A model generated the notes under the pieces. The model was not told the origin of the DNA and did not search any database. It was given only the letters and a program-made list of their open reading frames with translations. From positions 186,001-250,000 of the forward strand of contig NIVC01000864.1 in assembly GCA_002269645.1 (NCBI GenBank): a stretch of DNA of 64,000 nt, in the 5' to 3' direction. This DNA comes from Macrostomum lignano. Lineage: Eukaryota. The position numbers were made by a program, and so were the translations under genes. Shown piece after piece: positions 25,925-35,840 of this stretch (the first letter of the stretch is position 1; each line of letters opens with the position of its first letter).

Positions 25925-26150
25925 GGGATGCTTGCTATTTAGGGATTCTTGCTATGTGCAGGATGCTTGCTATCTGGAAGGATGCTTCTACATTATTTGG
26001 GGTATGCTTGCTATCTGCAAGATGCTTGCTATCTGCAAGATGCTTGCTATCTGCAGATGCTTGCTATCTGGGTGGATGCTTGCTATCTGGGTGGATGCTT
26101 GCTAGGAGTATTAGGGGATGCTTGCTACTGGGGGGATGCTTGCTGTCTTG
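25925..26150. repeat. Degenerate ~20-bp repeat (GATGCTTGCTATCTG core)
   Basis: Repeated GATGCTTGCTA motif. Confidence 0.75.
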
Positions 26151-26188
26151 GGAATATTTTCTATTTAGGGGTAATGACTAAAATTCAT

Positions 26189-26250
26189 GAGAGCTAGCCT
26201 AGAGGTAAACAGACTAAACTGCTAAATGCAGGGACGATGGTTCGAATTTT
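26189..26250 (+). mobile_element. tRNA-derived (SINE-like) head, copy 2
   Basis: GAGAGCTAGCCTAGAG...ACTGCTAAATGCAG...GGTTCGAAT, similar to 23851-23910. Confidence 0.5.
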
Positions 26251-26307
26251 TAGAGAGTAGAGTTTTTTTAATTAAAGCCTTTTAACGCCAAGACAAAAAA
26301 AATTATG

Positions 26308-26780
26308 GAAGCGTCATGTAAACAATCATACAAGCGTCATGTAAACAATCATAGAAGCGTCATGTAAACAATCATACAAGCGTCATGTAAAAATCATAGA
26401 AGCGTCATGTTAAAATCATAAAAGCGTCATGTAAACAATCATACAAGCGTCATGTAAACAATCATAGAAGCGTCATGTAAAAAAATCATAGAAGCGTCAT
26501 GTTAAAATCATAAAAGCGTCATAGAAAATCATAGAAGCGTCATGCAAGCAATCATAGAAGCGTAATGTAAACAATCATAGAAGCGTCATGTTAAAATCAT
26601 ACAAGCGTCATGTAAACAATCATACAAGCGTCATGTAAACAATCATAGAAGCGTCATGTAAAAAAATCATAGAAGCGTCATGTTAAAATCATAGAAGCGT
26701 CATGTAAACAATCATAGAAGCGTCATGTAAACAATCATAGAAGCGTCATGTAAAAATCATAGAAGCGTCATGTAAAAACT
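26308..26780. repeat. ~23-bp minisatellite (AAGCGTCATGTAAACAATCATAG)n
   Basis: Direct tandem copies. Confidence 0.92.
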
Positions 26781-27722
26781 AATGAAAGTGTGTCATTTAA
26801 AAAATTAAGAAGCATCATGGAAGAATAAAAGAAGCGTAACGTAAAAATCAAAAGAAGCGTCATGTCAGACATGAAAGAAATGTCATATAAAAATTAAATG
26901 AAGCTATAGTACAGTGCTGTGCTGGGGAGAATTACTGAGACGTCAAGGCTCACAGAGAATAACTGAGATTACAGGGGGGTTTCTGAGATGTTAAAGCAAA
27001 AGTCAGAAGCTACTTCAAAGTACATGTACTTTACTTAAGTTTTTTATTGCATTCTTTGTTGGCTTGCCACGGTGGGGGGGGGCGCTGATAGAAGAAGAGT
27101 CATGTAAAAATAAAAGGAGCACTATGTATACATAAAATAAAAGTCATGTCAAAGTTAAAAGATTCATTTGGGAATTGCTACGATGTCAAAGCTTGGAGGG
27201 AATCGTTATAGTGCTGTGATTCTTAAAGAAGGAATCACTTAAATGCCAAGGCTTAGGGAAGAAGAATTGCTGTGATTTCAAGGCTTTAGGTTGGGTAAAA
27301 GTTAGGTTTACGTCAGGTTTGGGTTGAGGGTTAGATTTTAGCGCGTTTCAAGGTTAACAGGGGATTTTTTAGATTTCAAGGTTTATGGGGGGCATCGCTG
27401 ACATGTCAAGGCTTACGAGGGGAATCTATCTATCTATCTATCTATAGCTGAGATGTCAAGGCTCACGGGGGAATAAATGAGATGTCAAGGCTAATGTCAG
27501 AAGCTACATGTAGTTTATTGGAAAAAAGTTATTACATTATTTGTTGGCTCCTCACGGGAGGGATCGCTGATAGAAAAGGCGTAATGTAAAAAAAAAGAAG
27601 CTTCATGTCGAAGTTAAGAGATTCATTTGGGAATCCCTACGATGTCGAGGCTTGCAGGGAATCGCTTTAATGCTGTAGTAGTGCTATAGACTCTTAGAGA
27701 GAATTACTGAAATTTCAATGCT

Positions 27723-27756
27723 TTAGGGTTAGGGTTAGGGTTAGGGTTAGGGTTAG
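27723..27756 (+). repeat. Short interstitial telomeric-type repeat (TTAGGG)5
   Basis: Five perfect TTAGGG units plus TTAG. Confidence 0.85.
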
Positions 27757-28673
27757 AAAATAGACAGATTTTTTAAGATTTCAAGGCTTGTGGGAGCATT
27801 GCTGAGATGTCAAGGGGGGAGTTGATATGTTAAGGCTTGTGGGGGGGATTGCTGACATGTCAAGGCTTACAAGGGTACTGGTAGCGTACTGAAGCATACT
27901 GGTAGAAGTAGCTCTGAAAGAAGGCAAGTATGGTTGAATTTCAATGTCTGTTATAAAATTCTGCACAAACATGTTTTATTGGTACATAAGCCTGGAATTA
28001 AAATGAGAATTCGATTCCTAGCCCCCCTCCCTAAGAAATTTTTTTCATTTAAAAGGATTCGTCCCTTGCTTATTGGCCACCCGAAGGCCATTTTTTATCA
28101 AAAATGATAAAAATAATTTTTATCAAACACGTTGACATATACAGGGCTCTAAACTAAAAACTGTAAAAAGTTGATAGTTTTGTTTTACCTAAAATGCGTT
28201 ATTAACGATCTCCAAAAATTCCTATTTTAAGCTTAAGCTTAAGAAAAACACTTAAAGTACTCCTGCTAAAAGGTATATTATATTAGACGAATATTAATTA
28301 TTTCTGCTCCCCGAAGGGGGGCAAAACTTTAGCTAGTAGATGCTAATCTCTATACACACAGTGTACTATTAAAGTTGACGACGATCTTTAAACACAATGT
28401 ACTATTAAATTTCAAGTCCATATATGTACTCAATATTTCATTAAGCTGCTTGCCAATCCAATTAATTTATTTTTAAATACAAGCAACGACTTCAATTTAG
28501 CCCAGTCCACCTCGTCAGACAGCCAATCCACCACAGCAGACACAAATCCACCCCAACAGACACTCAATCTAACCCAACAGACACCCAGTCCACCCCAGCA
28601 GACACCCAGTCCACCCCAACAGACACCCAGTCCACCCCAGCAGACACCCCATTCCACCCCAGTCCCCACTCAC

Positions 28674-28807
28674 ATCTTGAGCTCGGCGCGCCACTCCTCA
28701 AAGTCCAGCTGGCGGTCATTGTTTACGTCAGCAGACTGCATTGCCTTCTGAATGTCGATAATCTTGTCGCGCTTAATGTTGAGCTTGTCCATCACTTTCC
28801 CGGCGCG
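28674..28807 (-). CDS. PKD2: PKD2 exon encoding EF-hand 1 (DVNNDRQLDFEE)
   Basis: RAGKVMDKLNIKRDKIIDIQKAMQSADVNNDRQLDFEEWRAELK; acceptor TTGTCAG, donor GTGAGT; phases 0 and 2. Confidence 0.92.
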
Positions 28808-29405
28808 CTGACAAAACATGGCAAATTAAACAGTTAATTATTCAGCACTGCACTGGCTAATAAATTATTCAGTAGGTAATTAGTGTCGCTTAATTTGCAC
28901 CGATGGATTTCGATAAATAATTAATTAAGATGGAGTGAAACTTGAGCATTACTTGCATTATTAATGATCATGAGTCATAGCAACCAAACAAAAAATGTCT
29001 GATAAGAAGAAAACACAATTTTCCACTATTATACTGCTTTATACTACTTATTAAGATAAGTAGAACAATCAGTTAATATACTAATTAGATGACGAAGAAT
29101 TTAACTAATGATACAGGTATAGTTACTCCCTCTGTTGTTTAACTCATTAAATAGTCACTAATTAGATGACGGGGAATGTAATTATCAAACTAAATACAGA
29201 GTTACTCCCGCCGTTTACCTGTTTGAAATGGTAGGATATCCTAATACAAGCCCCTAATCAGATGGCGAAGAATGTACCAATGGAAAAGGGGCATGGCTAC
29301 TCTCGCTGTTTACCCTTGAATAAAAGATTTCTAAATTTTTGTTCTTAATTAGATGCCGAGGAATTAAACTCATAAAAACAAGACATAGCTACTCATGCCG
29401 TTTAC

Positions 29406-30293
29406 CTCTTTGAAATAGTCGGTCATTTCGAAGTCGTTCGGCTGATTAGCCAGGTCGCTCTTCACCTCGCTGTAGGTGTCGTTAATGATGGCCAAGAACA
29501 TGTTGATCAGCACGAAGAACACGAAGAACACGTACAGCAGGAAGAAGATTGGCCCCAGGACGCGGTGGGCGTTCTCCAATTCGTGGAAATCGAAGTCGCC
29601 CAGAATGATGCGGAACAGCGTGAAGATGGCCTGCTGGAATTCGCGGAAGTCCTTCACCTGGGTGCCGAAGATCAGGTAGCCCAGCTGGGCGAAGGCGAAG
29701 AAGATGATGAAGAACATCACCGCGAAGCCGACCAGATCCTTGGCGCAGGCGCCCAGGGTGGAGCTGAGCTGGGTCATGGTCTTGTTGAAGCTGATGTACT
29801 TGAAGATCTTCACCCAGGCGAAGAACACGGTGATGGCGATGGCGTTGTTGAACTGCAGCTGCCAGTAGGACAGGAAATCGAAGTCGGGAAATTTCGACTC
29901 GTCTTTGAGCAGCTCGGTGAGCTTGTTGCCAACGGCGATGGTGCGGTAGACGTTGAACCCGGCGCACACCAGCGAGATGATGATGACCAGGATGTCCAGC
30001 CAGTTCCAGAAGCTCTTGAAGTAGCCCAGCTTGTGCCGCTTAATCTCGATGACCTCCTCAACAACGTAGTAGCAGATGAACAGCATGAAGATGATCTCGC
30101 AGATCAGCACAACGTAGTCCCGAGGCTCCACGTAGCGCAGCAGCTTGACCGTGCGGTACTCTGATGACGGAATGGCGCCCCCGGTGGCCGGGAACTCCAT
30201 GACCAGCTTCACTACGCAGAACAGGTTGATGTTGGCATTGTACACAGTGAAGTCCACGAAGGCTACCCGGGTGCCGCGATCGATCCACAGGCC
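29406..30293 (-). CDS. PKD2: PKD2 exon encoding S2-S6 and the pore
   Basis: GLWIDRGTR...NANINLFC...[12 protein letters not shown]...[14 protein letters not shown]...[15 protein letters not shown]; 888 nt, phase 0-0, donor GTAAAC. Confidence 0.97.
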
Positions 30294-30332
30294 CTGGTGT
30301 GTTTAAGAAATACAATATAGAGCTTTCTGCAG

Positions 30333-30760
<428 letters not shown>

Positions 30761-30862
30761 TAGATAGTCAAAAATCTAAGGGTGAAGCTATAGAGCCGCA
30801 ATGGATCAAATTGATGCTTGTTGGACCAAATCAAATGCTGCTATTGCAGGCCCATGCCTCAC

Positions 30863-31258
30863 CTTGAACAGCTCCTCAATGATAGCGGCCGAGTCGTCAC
30901 GGTTCCTAGTCAAGTCCACGTAGTAGCCGCCGCCATCGTAGCTGGCAATCTGGCCAGCGTAGCTGCGGCCGTCCAGCTCCTTCTCGGTGGTGTGGTTCCA
31001 AGCCGTGGAGTTCATATAGCCGAACGGGCTTTTCTCCTCAACGCCGGGGCTGTACATGGCGTAGCAGGCTTTGATTTCGTTTTTAAAGTCGTCCGCAATG
31101 GAGCAGCTGTCATTGCGCACTTTTACCTGGCGCAGGCGGGGCACTCCGAGCAGTTTGTTCTCGTAGTAGACAAAATTCACCTCGCGAGAGTCGCTAAAGT
31201 TCAGGTTGTTGTACCAGTTGGTCACGTACAGGCCCTCCAGCAGCGGGCCCTTCACGAA
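30863..31258 (-). CDS. PKD2: PKD2 exon (TOP/polycystin extracellular domain)
   Basis: YENKLLGVPRLRQVKVRNDSC motif; 396 nt, phase 0-0. Confidence 0.96.
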
Positions 31259-31289
31259 CTGCAAGCCAACGATAAGTGAGGGCGTTTCA

Positions 31290-31635
31290 CAAGCTCGAAA
31301 CTTTCACAGGCTTGAAGCTTTCACACAAACTCGAAGCTTCACACAAGCTCAAAGCTTCACACAAACTAGAAGCTTCACACAAACTTGAAGCTTTCACACA
31401 AACTAGAAGCTTCACACAAGCTCGAAGCTTCATAAACTCGAAGCTTCACACAAGCTCGAAGCTTCACACAAACTAGAAGCTTCACACAAGCTGGAAGCTT
31501 GCACACAAACTAGAAGCGTCACACAAGCTGGTAGCTTCACACAAACTAGAAGCTTCACACAAACTGGAAGCTTCACAAACTCGAAGCTTCACACAAACTA
31601 GAAGCTTCACACAAACTCGAAGCTTCACACAAGCT
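31290..31635. repeat. ~19-20-bp minisatellite (GAAGCTTCACACAAACT core)
   Basis: Direct tandem copies. Confidence 0.9.
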
Positions 31636-31653
31636 TGAATATTGCACACTTAC

Positions 31654-31784
31654 CCGCCACCAATCGGCGATGGTAGTCGCGGTGGAAAAGGTGGTCTGGG
31701 TCTCCGAGTTGGGAGCCTGGTCGAACTGGGCCTGCATCACGCTGGTGAAGTAGTACATGGTGGAGCTGGTCATGCCGAACGCCA
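31654..31784 (-). CDS. PKD2: PKD2 exon 3 (end of S1, start of TOP domain)
   Basis: (L)AFGMTSSTMYYFTSVMQAQF...ADWWR; acceptor CTTCAG, donor GTAAGT; phases 1 and 0. Confidence 0.93.
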
Positions 31785-31879
31785 CTGAAGTTGTTGTTAT
31801 TCAATATTTTGCTTATTGGTTCCATACTCCATTGGTGTCTCAGCCGGGATTCGAATCTTCGGGACCCAAGTGGGATCTT

Positions 31880-32715
31880 TGGGATTTTGATTGGGATCGT
31901 TTGGGACTCTAGTTGGGATTGGGATCTCTGGAATTCTAATTGGGATTGGGATCTCTGGAATTCTAACTGGGATTGGGATCTCTGTAATTCTAATTGGGAT
32001 TGGGATCTCAAGTATTTCAATTGGGATTGGGATCTCTGGGATTCTAATTGGGATTGGGATCTCTGGGATTCTAATTGGGATTGGGATCTCTGGGATTCTA
32101 ATTAGGATTGGGATCTGTGGGATTCTAAATGGGATTGAGATCTCTGAGTTCTAATTGGGATTGGGATCTCTGTGATTCTAATTGGGATTGGAATCTCTGA
32201 GATTGTAATTGGGATTGGGATCTCATGGATTCTAATTGGGATTGGGATCTCTGTGATTCTAATTGGGATTGGAATCTCTGAGATTGTAATTGGGATTGGG
32301 ATCTCTGGGATTCTAATTGGGATTGGGATCTCATGGATTCTAATTGGGATTGGGATCTCTGTGATTCTAATTGGGATTGGAATCTCTGAGATTGTAATTG
32401 GGATTGGGATCTCTGGGATTCTAATTGGGATTGGGATCTCATGGATTCTAATTGGGATTGGGATCTCATGGATTCTAATTGGGATTGGAATCTCTGAGAT
32501 TGTAATTGGGATTGGGATCTCTGGGATTCTAATTGGGATTGGGATCTCATGGATTCTAATTGGGATTGGGATCTCTGTGATTCTAATTGGGATTGGAATC
32601 TCTGAGATTGTAATTGGGATTGGGATCTCTGGGATTCTAATTGGGATTGGGATCTCATGGATTCTAATTGGGATCTCTGGGATTCTAAATGGGATTGGGA
32701 TCTCAGAGAGTTTCT
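31880..32715. repeat. 27-bp minisatellite (TTCTAATTGGGATTGGGATCTCTGGGA)n
   Basis: Direct tandem copies with higher-order variant order. Confidence 0.93.
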
Positions 32716-32857
32716 AATTGGGACTAAGGTATTTAGAGGAAACCACCTATCACGTGACACTGAGTAACCGAAAACAATGAAATCCCATACTTGAAAGTGG
32801 ATCAATAAAACTGAGATAAAAAAAATGAACAAAAAAGTCTCGTGAAAAATCACTTAC

Positions 32858-32971
32858 AAACCATGAGAACAATGAGAAAGAACAAATAGACAATGAGCTC
32901 CCGGAGGGTGGTCTTGATGTACAGCTCCCTGTCCTCGCGAGTGTCCTCAGTCATGTTGGTTCGCCAGATTG
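32858..32971 (-). CDS. PKD2: PKD2 exon 2b (114 nt): (A)[37 protein letters not shown]
   Basis: Acceptor TTTAG, donor GTAAGT, phase 1-1; matches the PKD2/PKD2L1 pre-S1 and S1 sequence ([11 protein letters not shown]). Confidence 0.93.
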
Positions 32972-33135
32972 CTAAATTTGGTGAATAGTAGTGAAACTCC
33001 AGCTAATATTGTGATTTAATAAATTGCAGCAAAAAATGTGCAAAATTAAGAAAAAAATTAATACGTTACGGTGACTTCCAAAATTTAATTAATAAAAAAT
33101 AGAGTTCTTTATTATAATACTTCACTATTGTTTAC

Positions 33136-33249
33136 ATATGGACAGGATAGTCAGGTAGACGCAGTACAGAAGCAGCTCCCTCAGGGTGGTCTTAATTCGC
33201 AATTCGGTATCACCAGTCACGTCTACCGTGTCCTTGGTTAGCCACGCGG
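33136..33249 (-). CDS. PKD2: PKD2 exon 2a (114 nt), diverged tandem duplicate of exon 2b: (A)[37 protein letters not shown]
   Basis: Same length and phase as 2b, open frame, 18/37 identical residues, perfect TACTAAC branch site (33281-33287), CAAG acceptor, GTAAAC donor. Confidence 0.8.
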
Positions 33250-33324
33250 CTTGGTTGGGATTTGCGGGAATTGCAGCTTTGTTAGTAATTCTGGTTGGAC
33301 CCTGCCGTCCAATTTCCGGTTGTG

Positions 33325-34580
33325 TTGTGTTTATCCATCAAATCTCACCCAATTTTCATGTGTTTATCTATCAAATCTCACCCAATGTTCATGTGTTTAT
33401 TTATCAAATCTCACCCAATGTTCATGTGTTTATCCAACAAATCTCACCCAATGTTCATGTGTTTATCCATCAAATCTCACCCAATGTTCATGTGTTTATC
33501 TATCAAATCTCACCTAATGTTCATGTGTTTATTTATCAAATCTCACCCAATGTTCATGTGTTTATCTATCAAATCTCACCCAATGTTCATGTGTTTATTT
33601 ATCAAATCTCACCCAATATTCATGTGTTTATCTATCAAATCTCACCAATGTTCATGTGTTTATCTATCAAATCTCACCCAATGTTCATGTGTTTATTTAT
33701 CAAATCTCACCCAATCTTCATGTGTTTATCTATCAAATCTCACCCAATCTTCATGTGTTTATCCATCAAATCTCACCCAATGTTCATGTGTTTATTTATC
33801 AAATCTCACCCAATCTTCATGTGTTTATCCATCAAATCTCACCCAATATTCATGTGTTTATCCATCAAATCTCACCTAATGTTCATGTGTTTATTTATCA
33901 AATCTCACCCAATATTCATGTGTTTATCCATCAAATCTCACCCAATCTTATTGTGTTTATCCATCAAATCTCACCCAATCTTATTGTGTTTATTCATCAA
34001 ATCTCACCCAATCTTATTGTGTTTATCCATCAAATCTCACCCAATCTTATTGTGTTTATCCATCAAATCTCGCCCAATCTTATTGTGTTTATCCATCAAA
34101 TCTCACCCAATCTTATTGTGTTTATCCATCAAATCTCACCCAATCTTATTGTGTTTATCCATCAAATCTCGCCCAATCTTATTGTGTTTATCCATCAAAT
34201 CTCACCCAATCTTATTGTGTTTATCCATCAAATCTCGCCCAATCTTATTGTGTTTATCCATCAAACTCGCCCAATCTTATTGTGTTTATCCATCAAATCT
34301 CACCCAATCTTATTGTGTTTATTCATCAAATCTCACCCAATCTTAGATTTTTGCTAAAAATAAGAGAGGTATCTTATCTGTCAATCCTGATATATTGTGT
34401 TTATCCATCAAATCTCACCCAATCTTATTGTGTTTATTTATGAAATCTCACCCAATCTTATTGTGTTTATCCATCAAACTCGCCCAATCTTATTGTGTTT
34501 ATTCATCAAATCTCACCCAATCTTATTGTGTTTATTTATCAAATCTCACTCAATCTTATTGTGTTTATCCATCAAACTCG
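33325..34580. repeat. 33-bp minisatellite (TCAAATCTCACCCAATGTTCATGTGTTTATCTA)n, PKD2 intron 1
   Basis: Direct tandem copies with a gradient of variants. Confidence 0.95.
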
Positions 34581-34617
34581 CCACTCTCACATCGCTATCA
34601 AATCCCTCGCTGCTCAC

Positions 34618-34932
34618 CTCGCACGCCCGCTTAAAGCGGAACCAGCATCCGTGGGCCTCCTCAACCTCCGGCTCCGTCTGACCGTCGGGATGCTCAAACG
34701 GATTATCGGACTGGCAGGCCTCGGGCTCCTGGTCCAGCACAGTCGGATTGGCGACGTCAACATCGTCGCCGGCCGCTGACCAGGCCTGGCTGCCGCCGTG
34801 CAGCTGCTGCTGAGACGAAGACGGGCGGCCGGCGCCGCTGCGCGACCTGACGCCGGAGCTTTGCGGCCGAGACGACATGTCGGTTTGGTGCACACTGCGG
34901 TCTGAACGGAAAAGTGCGGCGATGGGTTGCAT
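34618..34932 (-). CDS. PKD2: PKD2 exon 1 (N-terminus; start at ATG 34932 or at 34878, MSSRPQ); one base apparently missing near 34626-34628
   Basis: Open GC-rich frame containing an NPFE motif, donor GAG|GTGAGC; adding one G gives KRGVR|AIW, homologous to human VRGLRGLW. Confidence 0.75.
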
Positions 34933-35019
34933 GCGGATTCTGTCTGGTCTGGGGAGCGGATTCTTTGGATAAGGAGATTCGTTAGGAAAGCTGTGCTCTC
35001 GACAGTGGTGGGTTACGAA

Positions 35020-35840
35020 GAGGGCGATTCTTGGAAACGGCGACTACAGGAGGGAGATTCTTGGAAACGGTGACTCCAGGAGGGCGATTCTTGGAAACGG
35101 CGACTACAGGAGGGAGATTCTTGGAAACGGTGACTCCAGGAGGGCGATTCTTGGAAACGGCGACTACAGGAGGGCGATTCTTGGAAACGGTGACTACATA
35201 AGGGCGATTTTTGGGATCGGTGACTACAGGAGGGCGTTTTTTGGGATCGGTGACTACAGGAGGGCGATTCTTGGAAACGGTGACTACATAAGGGCGATTC
35301 TTGGGAACGGCGACTACAAGAGGGCGATTTTTGGGATCGGTGACTACAGGAGGGCGATTTTTTGGATCGGTGTCTACATAAGGGCGATTTTTGGGATCGG
35401 TGACTACATAAGGGCGATTTTTAGGATCGTTGTCTACATAAGGGCGATTTTTGGGATCAGTGACTACAGGAGGGCAATTCTTGGGAACGGCGACTACAGG
35501 AGGGCGATTCTTGCAAACGGAGACAACAGGAGGGCGATTTTTGGGATCGGTGACTACAGGAGGGCGATTCTTGGAAACGGTGACTACATAAGGGCGATTC
35601 TTGGGAACGGCGACTACAAGAGGGCGATTTTTGGGATCGGTGACTACAGGAGGGCGATTCTTGGAAACGGCGATTACAGGAGGGCGATTCTTGGGATCGG
35701 TGTCTACATAAGGGCGATTCTTGGGATCGGTGACTACAAGAGGGCGATTCTTGGGATCGGTGACTACAAGAGGGCGATTCTTGGAAACGGCGACTACAGG
35801 AGGGCGATTCTTGAAAACGGCGACTACAGGAGGGCGATTC
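35020..35840. repeat. 30-bp minisatellite (GGAGGGCGATTCTTGGAAACGGCGACTACA)n just upstream of PKD2
   Basis: Direct tandem copies. Confidence 0.93.
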
